IMG/VR virus record: IMGVR_UViG_3300031087_000527
Coordinates: 145,384-209,383 of that record
DNA: 64,000 nucleotides
Strand: one strand, 5' to 3'
Origin: a virus
Lineage: Duplodnaviria > Heunggongvirae > Uroviricota > Caudoviricetes
Part shown: piece by piece, positions 43,260-52,778 of the stretch
Numbering within the stretch: position 1 is the stretch's first letter
How the letters are laid out: each line of letters starts with the position of its first letter
Position numbers and translations under genes: made by a program
The notes under the pieces: generated by a model
Told to the model about the DNA's origin: nothing
Databases searched by the model: none
Seen by the model: only the letters and a program-made list of their open reading frames with translations

Positions 43260-43288
43260 TTAATATAAAATTTGCAATTTTATATTAA
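43260..43288. repeat. perfect 29-bp palindrome TTAATATAAAATTTGCAATTTTATATTAA
   Basis: 13-bp arms around TGCA, 23 nt upstream of tnpB-flank element copy 3. Confidence 0.7.
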
Positions 43289-43311
43289 ATATATTATATC
43301 TTTTACTACAA

Positions 43312-43383
43312 TAGGTGCTTGGCCTTAATCGGAACTGCGATTTTAACAGGTTTTGTTGTGATCGTTGCGATTTAAATCAAGAG
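43312..43383 (+). repeat. solo copy of the tnpB-flank element (no tnpB), leader of a small basic protein gene
   Basis: TAGGTGCTTGGCCTTAATCGGAACTGCGATTTTAACAGGTTTTGTTGTGATCGTTGCGATTTAAATCAAGAG is collinear with 31375..31437, including the TAGGTGCTT start and the GTTG.G..CGTTGCG core. Confidence 0.6.
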
Positions 43384-43401
43384 ATAAATAAGGACGATAA
43401 A

Positions 43402-43551
43402 ATGTTAAACTCTTCTTCTATCCGCGTAGAGAAATTTGAGAAATCGAAGAAAATGGCTCGCAAAGAAGTCGTAGCTAAGCGAGATAATAAAAAATTGAAT
43501 AAGGTTGTTCGCGGTCGTCGTGAAGAACTAGAGCTTGAAGATGTTTATTAA
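43402..43551 (+). CDS. small basic protein (49 aa), paralogue of 37922..38071
   Basis: AAGGACGAT SD. MLNSSSIRVEKFEKSKKMARKEVVAKRDNKKLNKVVRGRREELELEDVY. Terminator GGTCGCTTAGCGGCC plus T-run. Confidence 0.6.
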   Translation: MLNSSSIRVEKFEKSKKMARKEVVAKRDNKKLNKVVRGRREELELEDVY

Positions 43552-43642
43552 AATAAAGGTCGCTTAGCGGCCTTTTTTATTGCTTTGGATTTCTGAAATC
43601 TGTATAATGACAACCATGTTAATGAACTCTATGGTGATTATG

Positions 43643-44266
43643 ATGGAAAAAGAACAATTTGGTGTTAGCCCTTCACATTGGGCAGGACTCAGTGAAGAAG
43701 AGCGCGAGCTTTATCGCATTATTCGTCCTATGCGCACTTGCAATTATAGTGTGACCGTCGAGCTTCATAATGTTAAGCGTGAGCTTGCGCGTCAAGCTGA
43801 GCAGGCGGAGTTGGATGGTGGCGTGTTTAACCTGAATCCTGATTTCCAGCGCGGACATGTATGGTCCCTTGAAAAACAGATTGGCTATGTAGAGAACCTG
43901 CTTCGGGGAACGGCTCCAATTGAAATCAAGTTCAACTGTGCTAAGTTTCATGATTTTAACGCTGAGGCGACGGGAATGCATGGCTATGATATGGTCTGTG
44001 TTGATGGCCTGCAGCGTTTAACCGCCGTTGTGGATTTCATGGATGGCAAGTTCAAGCTTTTTGATGGGCGATATGATGAAACATCACTGCTTAAAACAGC
44101 CTTTTCACCACGCCGTAAGCATCTCCTGTTCCAGATCTATGATGTGAAAGACTATGGTGATTTGATTCAGTTCTATCTGGATCTTAACACAGGCGGTGTG
44201 GTTCATGAAGAAAGTGAGCTTAATCGAGTGAGAAAGCTTCAACAGGATTATCAGTCAAGTAAATAA
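43643..44266 (+). CDS. DUF262 / ParB-like nuclease-domain protein
   Basis: TATAAT upstream. Motifs PDFQRGHVW and DGLQRLTA match the DUF262 (GmrSD N-terminal, ParB-like) signature. Confidence 0.75.
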   Translation: MEKEQFGVSPSHWAGLSEEERELYRIIRPMRTCNYSVTVELHNVKRELARQAEQAELDGGVFNLNPDFQRGHVWSLEKQIGYVENLLRGTAPIEIKFNCAKFHDFNAEATGMHGYDMVCVDGLQRLTAVVDFMDGKFKLFDGRYDETSLLKTAFSPRRKHLLFQIYDVKDYGDLIQFYLDLNTGGVVHEESELNRVRKLQQDYQSSK

Positions 44267-44296
44267 CTAAAAAGGCGAGGGATCGCCTTTTTATTT

Positions 44297-44866
44297 TTAG
44301 ATTTCGATGTTTTTGTTTGCGCAGAAAGTAATAAGTTGCTTATTAACCTGAAGCCATAAAGCATACTCTTTTGGTATATAAGCAAGATAAGTAATCGGAC
44401 TTTCTTTTATATTCAGTATTCTTGCACTAATAAAATCATTTTCAACAATAGTACTTTCTGATTTAAGTTTCTTGGCATGGGCTACAACGCGATTAAATAA
44501 GCTCTTATCTTTCTTATAATCTTCTATGTCTTCCTCAGAAAATGCAAACAAATGCACGCCTGACTCACAGGCTTTCTGTGGATAATCTTCATAGGGCTTG
44601 CCCATTAAAGCTGTTGCGCTTTCATCAGTAGGCAAATCCTCTTTAAATGCCTCAAACAAATCAAAATCACTATGATTAAGATACGTAAAGCCATCACCAT
44701 TAACAATGATGCTGCTAAGACCGTCATGAGATATTTTTGAAGAAAAAAGAACGCTGCGATGTGATTGCTCAGGATCTTTTTGATATTCATTAAAGAACTC
44801 TGCAGGATCGAAAGATTTAAGCACGTGTAAATCATTGTCTTTGATTGTAAATAAAATGGTATTCAT
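44297..44866 (-). CDS. hypothetical protein (189 aa)
   Basis: Minus-strand ATG at 44866 preceded by AAGGAGAT. Second gene of a minus-strand pair. Confidence 0.7.
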   Translation of the reverse strand: MNTILFTIKDNDLHVLKSFDPAEFFNEYQKDPEQSHRSVLFSSKISHDGLSSIIVNGDGFTYLNHSDFDLFEAFKEDLPTDESATALMGKPYEDYPQKACESGVHLFAFSEEDIEDYKKDKSLFNRVVAHAKKLKSESTIVENDFISARILNIKESPITYLAYIPKEYALWLQVNKQLITFCANKNIEI

Positions 44867-44922
44867 GATATATCTCCTTTTAAGTATGTTGAGTATAAAA
44901 TAAGCAAAGGTTAAAAACAAAT

Positions 44923-46383
44923 TTACTTATTTGGAGAAAAGAGTAGGTTTTCAATTTTCATTAAACGCTTGGGCATTTCAGGATCGAAAAAGAGACTATC
45001 AGCTATTCGTGCGCAAAACTCATGAGGTGTCATAAAGTAGTTATAGTGATGAGGATTACGGCAATCAATCTCTTTTTTTATAGTGTGAGTAAATGAAGAA
45101 ATATCCACATCAAAATAATGGTAATAAGATAAATCAATGTCGAGTATTTCTGAAATGAAAGGTTCGTATTGTATTAAAGCTTGTATTTTTTCCATCAGTT
45201 TACTTTCAGCATTTAATATTTTTTGTATGGCAGAAAAATAAAGGCGATACATTAGAATATTAGAAGGTGAAATTTTAAGTGTTATTGATGAGAGATTTAA
45301 ATAAAGAGAATTTTTATTTCTTTCATTAAGCTCTAATGCTTCAGGCAAGAATCGCGCTATAAGCTCCTCTAAGCGGTTCTTAAACATCTCGTAAGGCTTT
45401 GTGTTATTATTTGATAACGTGCTCGCTATGAACGTTTTAAAGACGTTGCTGAGGCCAAACTGATTGGCGTGGTCGGATGCCATTATAAAATCATCCGGGA
45501 CAGTGCGATTTTCTCGGATTGATTCAAGTAAGTAATAGTCGAGAGCATGGAATCGTTCATGATGATAGGTTCTTTGAAGTTGCTCAATAAAGTCTTGTTT
45601 TTCATTAAAGGCATGAGCAATACATTTAAGGTTAAGTCCGACTTTACCACACTGGAATGCGCCATGATCCTGATTAAAGTTCTTAGCTGTATTATAAATA
45701 AGAAAGTTTTTATCTGTGTTGAGATGAAGATGAATATTACCATACAGGCCAACACGGTGATGACTTTGATAAAGCTCAGCGAGACTGCTAAAAGCACGGT
45801 TAATATCATCAAATGCTTCATTGGTTATGCTGTAATGCTCCGGTGCATGGATAGAGCCAAATTGATAGCGATGAAGTAGATTATAGGCTTTGAGACTATT
45901 ATCCGAAAAAGAAGAGTAGTGCTCCGAAGTTGCTTTTATTTGTTGATGAAGGTAGGCATCATCATAATCCTGAGTCGTTTGGGTCAGCAGAGTGTTGGTT
46001 TCAAAAATGGATTTTTTCAAATAATAATGGGCATTTTTGTAGTTCTCTTTAAATAAAATATAGAAAGAAGATTCTCGTTCTTTAATTAATGTCAGCATTT
46101 CAGTAATAGATTGGCTTTGTATTATAAGGTGAGCTAACTTTTCATCTTTTTTCTGAACTTCTGATAAGTGACTGTAGCTGAGTTTATTATGAGCAAGAGG
46201 TAAAAGGTTATATTGAAAAAAGTAAGATTTTACAAAAAGAGATTTGGCAAGATTAAATCCTCGGAGACCAAAGAGCTTAATCAGGTTAGTTAAGTCTGTT
46301 TTGTTATCCTGAGAATAAATAGCAAAAGCGGATTCCATTGTGTTAAGATAATGCTCAAGATAATAGTTTTTAATAACGTGCAT
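44923..46383 (-). CDS. hypothetical protein (486 aa)
   Basis: Minus-strand ATG at 46383 preceded by AAAGGAG. Confidence 0.8.
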   Translation of the reverse strand: MHVIKNYYLEHYLNTMESAFAIYSQDNKTDLTNLIKLFGLRGFNLAKSLFVKSYFFQYNLLPLAHNKLSYSHLSEVQKKDEKLAHLIIQSQSITEMLTLIKERESSFYILFKENYKNAHYYLKKSIFETNTLLTQTTQDYDDAYLHQQIKATSEHYSSFSDNSLKAYNLLHRYQFGSIHAPEHYSITNEAFDDINRAFSSLAELYQSHHRVGLYGNIHLHLNTDKNFLIYNTAKNFNQDHGAFQCGKVGLNLKCIAHAFNEKQDFIEQLQRTYHHERFHALDYYLLESIRENRTVPDDFIMASDHANQFGLSNVFKTFIASTLSNNNTKPYEMFKNRLEELIARFLPEALELNERNKNSLYLNLSSITLKISPSNILMYRLYFSAIQKILNAESKLMEKIQALIQYEPFISEILDIDLSYYHYFDVDISSFTHTIKKEIDCRNPHHYNYFMTPHEFCARIADSLFFDPEMPKRLMKIENLLFSPNK

Positions 46384-46486
46384 AACACTCCTTTTCTTGT
46401 TATCATAGCGTAGCATAAAATAGATGGTCTTCAAAATATTTTGAGGCAGATCGCAGAACAGAAAATCTTAGAGATAGAGGTATTTA

Positions 46487-47056
46487 ATGGTAAATCAGGA
46501 AAAAGTAAGAAAAATTTTACTAGACAACTGCGCAGGAAACGTTGAGGCGCAACGATACTTTACGTTATTCTTAAGAGTGGAAAAGCTGCTTGGTGAAGAG
46601 AAAGATCGGTGGCTTAAAGAAGATACCGAGTATTTATCTCTTATGAAGAAGTCGGCACTTTATGTCGATAAGAATGCCTTTGGAGGGATTGTTGTCTTTG
46701 TATTGGCCTGCATCCTCGCTAATCTTATTATTATGCCTATTTTTCCGTTAGTTTTAGGTTTTCATGTGAGTGGGTGGCTTTATGGATTTCTGACAGTAGT
46801 GAGTGGTTTGGGGCTTCAAACATTCTTGGCTCTACGATTTAGAAGACTGAGTGTTTTAGCGTTGCTGGTTCAGTTTGAAAACAGAGAAATGAGTAAAGGC
46901 TTTTTTGAGAAAATGTTGGATGCTGTCCCGGAAGATAAGCTTCAGGATAAGAAAGATATGGCTGATATTTTGGCTAAATATTCCTATCAGTATAATGGTG
47001 TCAAACAATACAAGCATCTACTCGCTTACAAGATAATGAATAACAGGTCTATGTAG
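46487..47056 (+). CDS. membrane protein (189 aa, about 3 TM segments)
   Basis: GAGG SD. Hydrophobic core GIVVFVLACILANLIIMPIFPLVLGF. Confidence 0.7.
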   Translation: MVNQEKVRKILLDNCAGNVEAQRYFTLFLRVEKLLGEEKDRWLKEDTEYLSLMKKSALYVDKNAFGGIVVFVLACILANLIIMPIFPLVLGFHVSGWLYGFLTVVSGLGLQTFLALRFRRLSVLALLVQFENREMSKGFFEKMLDAVPEDKLQDKKDMADILAKYSYQYNGVKQYKHLLAYKIMNNRSM

Positions 47057-47094
47057 TGATTTTAAAAAATAACAAAACATAAAGAGGTAAAAAT

Positions 47095-47283
47095 ATGGCA
47101 GCACGTCCTTTGAAGTTTGACAATGAAAACATGTCTAAGTGTAGTAATGCGATTGTGGATGAATCAGGGACCGTAGTTTTTCCTGCTGGTTTTTATACTG
47201 CTAAAGGAAATCTTGGCAGAGTCGTACTATTGGATCTAATTAGGCGGAAAGGTTTAAGGTTCTTGGAGAACGATGAAAAATAA
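47095..47283 (+). CDS. hypothetical small protein (62 aa)
   Basis: AAAGAGG SD. Terminator AAAAGGAGAGTAATCTCCTTTTTT. Confidence 0.6.
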   Translation: MAARPLKFDNENMSKCSNAIVDESGTVVFPAGFYTAKGNLGRVVLLDLIRRKGLRFLENDEK

Positions 47284-47378
47284 CAGAAAAGGAGAGTAAT
47301 CTCCTTTTTTACGTCTAAATAAAGCTGGAACTAAAGCATGAAAAAAGGTATAATTGGTTAAATAATTCAGAGGTTTCT

Positions 47379-47924
47379 ATGCTTGAAATAATCACTTATC
47401 ATGATGCTAAATCACAAGGAATGAGTAAATTTTTTAGTGGAAAAATGTGTCGTAATGGGCATGTGGCTGAACGCTATATTGGTTCACGTTCTTGCGTGAT
47501 ATGTGCTTATAACAATGAAAAGAAGCACAAAGAGAATAATCCTGAGAAGACTACGGCAAGACGTAAGGCATATCGTGAGAAAAACCATGAGCGTCTTTTG
47601 GATGCAGATAAGTTGTATAGAGAAAGTCATAAAACACAAAGAGCTTATCATCGAAAAAACTATAAGAAAAGAAATCTTGAAAGGACGCCTCGTTGGTTTG
47701 GTGAGTTTGACGAGTTTGTTTTGATGGAGGCTGTGGTGTTGTGTAGGCAGCGTCAAAAAGAAACAGGATTTGAATGGCATGTGGATCACATGTATCCATT
47801 AAATGCTAAAAAAGTGAGTGGGCTTCATTGTGCGGAAAACTTTCAGGTTATTCCTGCTGTGATGAATGAATCAAAACAAAATAAACTGATAATGACTGAA
47901 CGTTGTCAATGGCTGAGAGGATAA
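47379..47924 (+). CDS. HNH endonuclease
   Basis: CRNGH...C.IC zinc-binding pair. HNH core FEWHVDHMYPLNAKKVSGLHCAENFQVIPAVMNESKQNK. Confidence 0.85.
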   Translation: MLEIITYHDAKSQGMSKFFSGKMCRNGHVAERYIGSRSCVICAYNNEKKHKENNPEKTTARRKAYREKNHERLLDADKLYRESHKTQRAYHRKNYKKRNLERTPRWFGEFDEFVLMEAVVLCRQRQKETGFEWHVDHMYPLNAKKVSGLHCAENFQVIPAVMNESKQNKLIMTERCQWLRG

Positions 47925-47928
47925 ACGA

Positions 47929-49113
47929 ATGTCTCAAAATATTTATGATCCAAGATATGAAACTAATGTGCCTTGTTTTAATAAGACACAAGTAAAGGCG
48001 TTTGTCTTGAATAATGAAGTTAACAAAGTAAGGCATTGGTTTGCTAATGGTCGTCCTCATAAGCGTCTTGCGGGTGAGGCTATGTATGAAGCTATTCATC
48101 AGGATAACGCTGAAATCATAGATTTGGTCTATCAATCTGGATGGGTAAGTAAAGAAAAGTTCTTATTTGAAGTTTTGGGTAAATGTGAGGTTCGCTATAC
48201 ACAGGATAATGAGAAGAAAGAGTATTATCCTCAAGTAAGAGAGTGGGCAGCTAAAACACTTATGGCGGAAATAGATCGCAAAAGCTTAAAAGATAAAGTG
48301 TTTAAAGAGCTTGTGTTTATGCTGAGTAAAACCAATAGCGATGAGGATGCTCGCAAGATCGGAATCGATTATACTATAAAAATGGCTCGTGAAGAAGCAC
48401 AGTCTATTGGGATTGGCCTTTTATGGAATCTGAAGTTGGTTGATGAAGGTGTAAGGGATAGGGCTAAAAAAGGGCTGGAAGGTAATGTGAAGGCTAAAAA
48501 GCAGAGTATGGATTACTTTGAGACTTTGCTTTTCATGGTCGAGCGAGGAACGCCTATGCCAACCAACCTGTTAAAAGCAATTGTAATGTATGGAAATCGT
48601 TTAGGTTTTGACTTCGTGAAACCTTATTCAGAAAAGTTATTTTCATTAGATTCAGTTGTGATTGATTCTCCGAAAAACGTTGGGCTTTTGGTGACCGAGC
48701 TTGGGGTATGGCAAGAGGATAAGTGTATTTCTCTTGAAGATGTTGGGCGTATGCTTTCACTTTTGATTAAAAGTGGATTAAAAAACACAGTAGTGATTAA
48801 GCGTAAAGATGTAATGATCGATGAGGAAACGGGCAAGGAAGCGGAGCACTACGATTATTTTGAGGTTCGCCGTGGTGTAGTGGGATCCGTGGAGCGAGTA
48901 AATAGCGTGCGTCAAAACTGCCGTCCTAATCAGAATGTTTTTTATGAACATGGTTTTTTAAGTAAGGGCGACAATAATGATGAGGTGGTTATTGATATTC
49001 GTGAATATGTTTTTATTGATCATGATGATACATCAATCTACAAAACCCGGCCTGTTACTGAAGCAGAAAAACAGGCATCGATTGCTGAGTTTGAAGCCTT
49101 AAGATTTAAATAA
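47929..49113 (+). CDS. hypothetical protein (394 aa)
   Basis: AGAGGATAAAC SD. Confidence 0.85.
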   Translation: MSQNIYDPRYETNVPCFNKTQVKAFVLNNEVNKVRHWFANGRPHKRLAGEAMYEAIHQDNAEIIDLVYQSGWVSKEKFLFEVLGKCEVRYTQDNEKKEYYPQVREWAAKTLMAEIDRKSLKDKVFKELVFMLSKTNSDEDARKIGIDYTIKMAREEAQSIGIGLLWNLKLVDEGVRDRAKKGLEGNVKAKKQSMDYFETLLFMVERGTPMPTNLLKAIVMYGNRLGFDFVKPYSEKLFSLDSVVIDSPKNVGLLVTELGVWQEDKCISLEDVGRMLSLLIKSGLKNTVVIKRKDVMIDEETGKEAEHYDYFEVRRGVVGSVERVNSVRQNCRPNQNVFYEHGFLSKGDNNDEVVIDIREYVFIDHDDTSIYKTRPVTEAEKQASIAEFEALRFK

Positions 49114-49176
49114 TGGTTGTGCAGCATATGAGTAGATGTTAGAGTGCTAAATATATTATAAAATAAAGAGGTATGT

Positions 49177-49899
49177 ATGAGTTTAAACGCACAAGAGTTA
49201 TCGTTTCTGAATGCCGTAGGCCCACGTCCTGCTATCAATAAAATGGGACTGTTGAAATTTGTAAGTGATGTCTATCCTGAGCAGGGCATGAGCGTCTTTG
49301 AGAAGAAACTGCTGACTAAGCGGAAGGTTAAAACTAAAATCATTGTAACCTCACTGAAAGTGCAGGAGGCTATGATTAAACGTCTTTTTGATGGTGAGCT
49401 TGAGTTTAAGAAGATAGGGGCAATAGCATGGAGCGAGAATTATGCGCCTGCCTTAAAAAAGGTTGAAAGTTTCAATGCGTTCCGTGAGAAAAACGATAGC
49501 TTATCTTTAGTTGACTTTATTTTGGAAGCAATCAAAGAAGGTGATCATTCGGAGATGTTTCGTGAAGACTGGCCTTTTACGGTCCAATATCAAAAAGGTG
49601 AATGTTATTTTGAAGTTAATCAAGAGACGCCTGAATTTGATGAATATGAAACATCTCATCAGCAGGAAGAGCGCCTGATTAACATTTTCAACAGTTATTT
49701 CCACGCATGGACAACCAAACTGGATAAATATCGTGATTTGCTGAAAACGCTTAAAGGTATGGAAGAGAGCGTAGGTTTGGATGCGAAGATCAAGGATAAA
49801 ATTATTAGCAACTATCTTGATTCTCTGCAGACGCCCTCACATGCTGAGCAGTTTAAAGATAAAATAACGCTTCGCGAGTTTGTTTTGAAATATGCTTGA
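49177..49899 (+). CDS. hypothetical protein (240 aa)
   Basis: AAAGAGG SD. Bidirectional terminator 49916..49940 (GCCACCTCCGGGTGGC). Confidence 0.8.
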   Translation: MSLNAQELSFLNAVGPRPAINKMGLLKFVSDVYPEQGMSVFEKKLLTKRKVKTKIIVTSLKVQEAMIKRLFDGELEFKKIGAIAWSENYAPALKKVESFNAFREKNDSLSLVDFILEAIKEGDHSEMFREDWPFTVQYQKGECYFEVNQETPEFDEYETSHQQEERLINIFNSYFHAWTTKLDKYRDLLKTLKGMEESVGLDAKIKDKIISNYLDSLQTPSHAEQFKDKITLREFVLKYA

Positions 49900-49941
49900 A
49901 TGAAGGCAAGATGATAAAGCCACCTCCGGGTGGCTTTTTAC

Positions 49942-50703
49942 TTATGATTTAGCGTCATGCCAGAGTTTTATGTCTGCCTGCTGTTTCATTAGCTCAGGCG
50001 TCTTTTCTAATATCTCATCATTAATTGTATTCAACAGGTTTTCAAAAGTCGCCATAGGCACAGACACTATCGTATCAGCAGTCTCAACAATAACGCCTTC
50101 GCGGGAAGGTTTTAAGACAATATTGCTTGCCACTTTTAAGTTTGATTGAACATCAAGATAGTGATTATATTTTTCATATCGAGTTTTTACAATTTTCTGA
50201 TAATCTTCTTCTCTTTGAGTTGGTGCGAAAACAGGGAAAACAGGGAAAAGGCTGTTTTTAGGAAGCATAAAGGTCAAATCAGGTTTGCCATCATTAAATG
50301 AAACGATTGCAATGTAGTTATCCACTACAACTTTACCTTCTTCGACATCACGCTGTGTGGCAATAATATAATCATCACGACTGGAAGATGTCATTACAGG
50401 TGTAAGGCGAACAAGCTTAACGTCTCTGGACAAAATGGGCTTATCAATGAAATACCTTTCACATCCCTCATGGCAAGGAGTCTGTAAAAGATCTTTAGCT
50501 TCATTAAAAAGTACCTGCTCATTTCTGTAGTCAGATGATGAGGTGTTAATAAAGCGATTAGCAGGCCTGTCATAAATATTTCCTATAGCAAAACAAATTA
50601 ATCCTAAGAAGGTTAAAGTCGGGCCAAGCCAAGCGAAAATTGATAGACGTAAGCGGAATGACTTTTTATTTTCCAGCTTGGTGTAAACATTATCTTTATC
50701 CAT
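49942..50703 (-). CDS. membrane-anchored protein (253 aa)
   Basis: Minus-strand ATG at 50703 preceded by AAAAGGTAAC. TM segment LSIFAWLGPTLTFLGLICFAIG. Confidence 0.7.
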   Translation of the reverse strand: MDKDNVYTKLENKKSFRLRLSIFAWLGPTLTFLGLICFAIGNIYDRPANRFINTSSSDYRNEQVLFNEAKDLLQTPCHEGCERYFIDKPILSRDVKLVRLTPVMTSSSRDDYIIATQRDVEEGKVVVDNYIAIVSFNDGKPDLTFMLPKNSLFPVFPVFAPTQREEDYQKIVKTRYEKYNHYLDVQSNLKVASNIVLKPSREGVIVETADTIVSVPMATFENLLNTINDEILEKTPELMKQQADIKLWHDAKS

Positions 50704-50827
50704 TGAAGTTACCTTTTTTGTGTGAACTGATATGTTATAATAATCTAAAGTGAGATTCAATTTTACTTGCTAAGGTGAGTCGTGTGGTGTAAATATTAAG
50801 CAGAAAAGAGGACGGAATAATAAGATA

Positions 50828-51331
50828 ATGGGATTAAAATGTAGTCATCAAGCCTTTAGAGGAACATACGGTGAGTTTCACCGATTTAGACAGGTTGTGG
50901 CAAATGCTGCAGGCGGGTCTATGCCTCCTCACTATAAATCAAAAGGAAAGGGCTTATTTGATTTTGATGAGTATGGACAGCTTATTGTTGATGATGAGCT
51001 TGAAGATCATGAGGTTTATCTCCCTGAAGACATTAGGCAGGATGATAAAAATATAGGTCTGTTTGTATTTCTGCTTCATTCCGATTATGACGGTGATATC
51101 TCTCCAGATATGTGTTTTTTAGTGGCTGACAGTTTGCAGAAGCTGTTACCTGTGATAAAAACAACAAACTATCCTTTCATCCCCAAAAAGAAAATACCTG
51201 ATTTGACAATAAAAGGTGTTGTACAGAGCATAGAACAATGGCATAATGAGAGCTACGGTGAGATTGCCGAAAATTTTATACGTGGTTGCCGAAGAGCGGC
51301 AGATGCTAACGAGCCTTTATTATTTGATTAG
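50828..51331 (+). CDS. hypothetical protein (167 aa)
   Basis: AAAGAGGACGG SD. Confidence 0.7.
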   Translation: MGLKCSHQAFRGTYGEFHRFRQVVANAAGGSMPPHYKSKGKGLFDFDEYGQLIVDDELEDHEVYLPEDIRQDDKNIGLFVFLLHSDYDGDISPDMCFLVADSLQKLLPVIKTTNYPFIPKKKIPDLTIKGVVQSIEQWHNESYGEIAENFIRGCRRAADANEPLLFD

Positions 51332-51336
51332 GAGTT

Positions 51337-51690
51337 TTGATGGAACAGTTCTATGTAGTCAGTGTCAAACACACTCTGAAAACCTGTGATTTTATCTTGT
51401 TGTGGGGGCCGGATGCGCGTGGCTATACGCACAGTCTGGAGCGTGCTGGGAAATATACCCGTGAAGAAATTATGTCGCAACAGGATTACTATAATAACGG
51501 TAAGCATACGATAGCTGTTCCTTGCTCTGTGATTGACTCTCTTAAAACCACAACAGATGAACAGGAAGAGTTTCCCGGTCATGGTATCATGCATATCAAA
51601 GATAATTGGGATCAGCTTCTTGATAAGGTTATTGCTAAGCCACTTGCTGATCCGGTGATTAACTATCGTCGAGCCATGAAAGTGGTGTAA
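51337..51690 (+). CDS. hypothetical protein (117 aa)
   Basis: TAGGAG SD. Terminator AAAAAGGCCAGTCCAACTGGTCTTTTTTATT. Confidence 0.8.
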   Translation: MMEQFYVVSVKHTLKTCDFILLWGPDARGYTHSLERAGKYTREEIMSQQDYYNNGKHTIAVPCSVIDSLKTTTDEQEEFPGHGIMHIKDNWDQLLDKVIAKPLADPVINYRRAMKVV

Positions 51691-51782
51691 AACATAAAAA
51701 GGCCAGTCCAACTGGTCTTTTTTATTGCTTATCATTTCAAAGATCTATAAAATAGCGCCAATAAATCTATTTAAGGAAAATC

Positions 51783-52556
51783 ATGAGTAAGAATCCAGTG
51801 GTAGCATTCTTTTTTGATCATATCAATAAGCAGGGTAATGAAGTCCGTCAGCACTTCTCACAAGTAAAGAAAGATTCAATGTTTTTCCATGTTAATATTA
51901 TTGGTAATAAAGGAGAGGATCCGGCATGTTTCTTTGCTTACCATTTCAGCGATAAGTTAATAGAAGAAGCTGATTTCTTGAATATGGTTGAAGATCCTTT
52001 CCGAACAGGCGTCAGGGCTATTACTATCAGTCAGGAAGAAAAGAATGCATTTTCTGAGAGTTTCTATAGAGTGAATACTGAACAAATGCCTGATTGGGAG
52101 TATCGGAGAGGTGCTTATCAGGAGCTTTTAGATGCACCAGTGTTGCATGTAGAGCAAGGTGTTGAAGGTCTTATAGATGCTGTGGCTAACTATATGCACA
52201 TGGATAAACATGACCTCGGTTCTGGTATGTATCATCGTAAGCCAGAGAATATTTCTTTAGAGGTTATCTATCAAAAAACAGATGATAACTTTAAATGGGG
52301 CGATATTACAGCGCGAGTTGTGTTTAATGGTGAGGTGATTGGTCATTATAATCGTGGCGGTCGCTATATGGATACCTACACCTATTACACGCATGATCGT
52401 GCTAAATGGAATGCGATGATGGATTATATTGTGAAGGAATACAATATTACGCCGGAAGAAGATTATTCTTTGTTTGAGTTCAGCAAAGAGGATGATATTT
52501 ATACGCTTGCTCATATTCCAGGTTATCACGATGTAGAGGAATCTGACAATGACTAA
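51783..52556 (+). CDS. hypothetical protein (257 aa)
   Basis: AAGGAAAAT SD. Confidence 0.85.
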   Translation: MSKNPVVAFFFDHINKQGNEVRQHFSQVKKDSMFFHVNIIGNKGEDPACFFAYHFSDKLIEEADFLNMVEDPFRTGVRAITISQEEKNAFSESFYRVNTEQMPDWEYRRGAYQELLDAPVLHVEQGVEGLIDAVANYMHMDKHDLGSGMYHRKPENISLEVIYQKTDDNFKWGDITARVVFNGEVIGHYNRGGRYMDTYTYYTHDRAKWNAMMDYIVKEYNITPEEDYSLFEFSKEDDIYTLAHIPGYHDVEESDND

Positions 52557-52674
52557 GATCTTAGCGGCCTGTTCTCGTTCCGCTACGGCTAATGAGAAGG
52601 CGTTTGCCTTTGGCATGATGGTTGGTGTATTTATGGGGGCAGTAATCGGAATAGGTGCTTGTCTTACAGTATAG
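52549..52674 (+). CDS. small hydrophobic peptide (41 aa)
   Basis: ATG overlaps the previous stop (ATGACTAA). MTKILAACSRSATANEKAFAFGMMVGVFMGAVIGIGACLTV. Terminator GCTGCTTCGGCAGC follows. Confidence 0.4.
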   Translation: MTKILAACSRSATANEKAFAFGMMVGVFMGAVIGIGACLTV

Positions 52675-52778
52675 CAAAGAAGCTGCTTCGGCAGCTTCTT
52701 TTATTGGTATTGGATAAATTTGATTATTTTTGTCGCTATAAAATAAAATAGAAGTAAATTTAAATAAAAGGATAAAAT

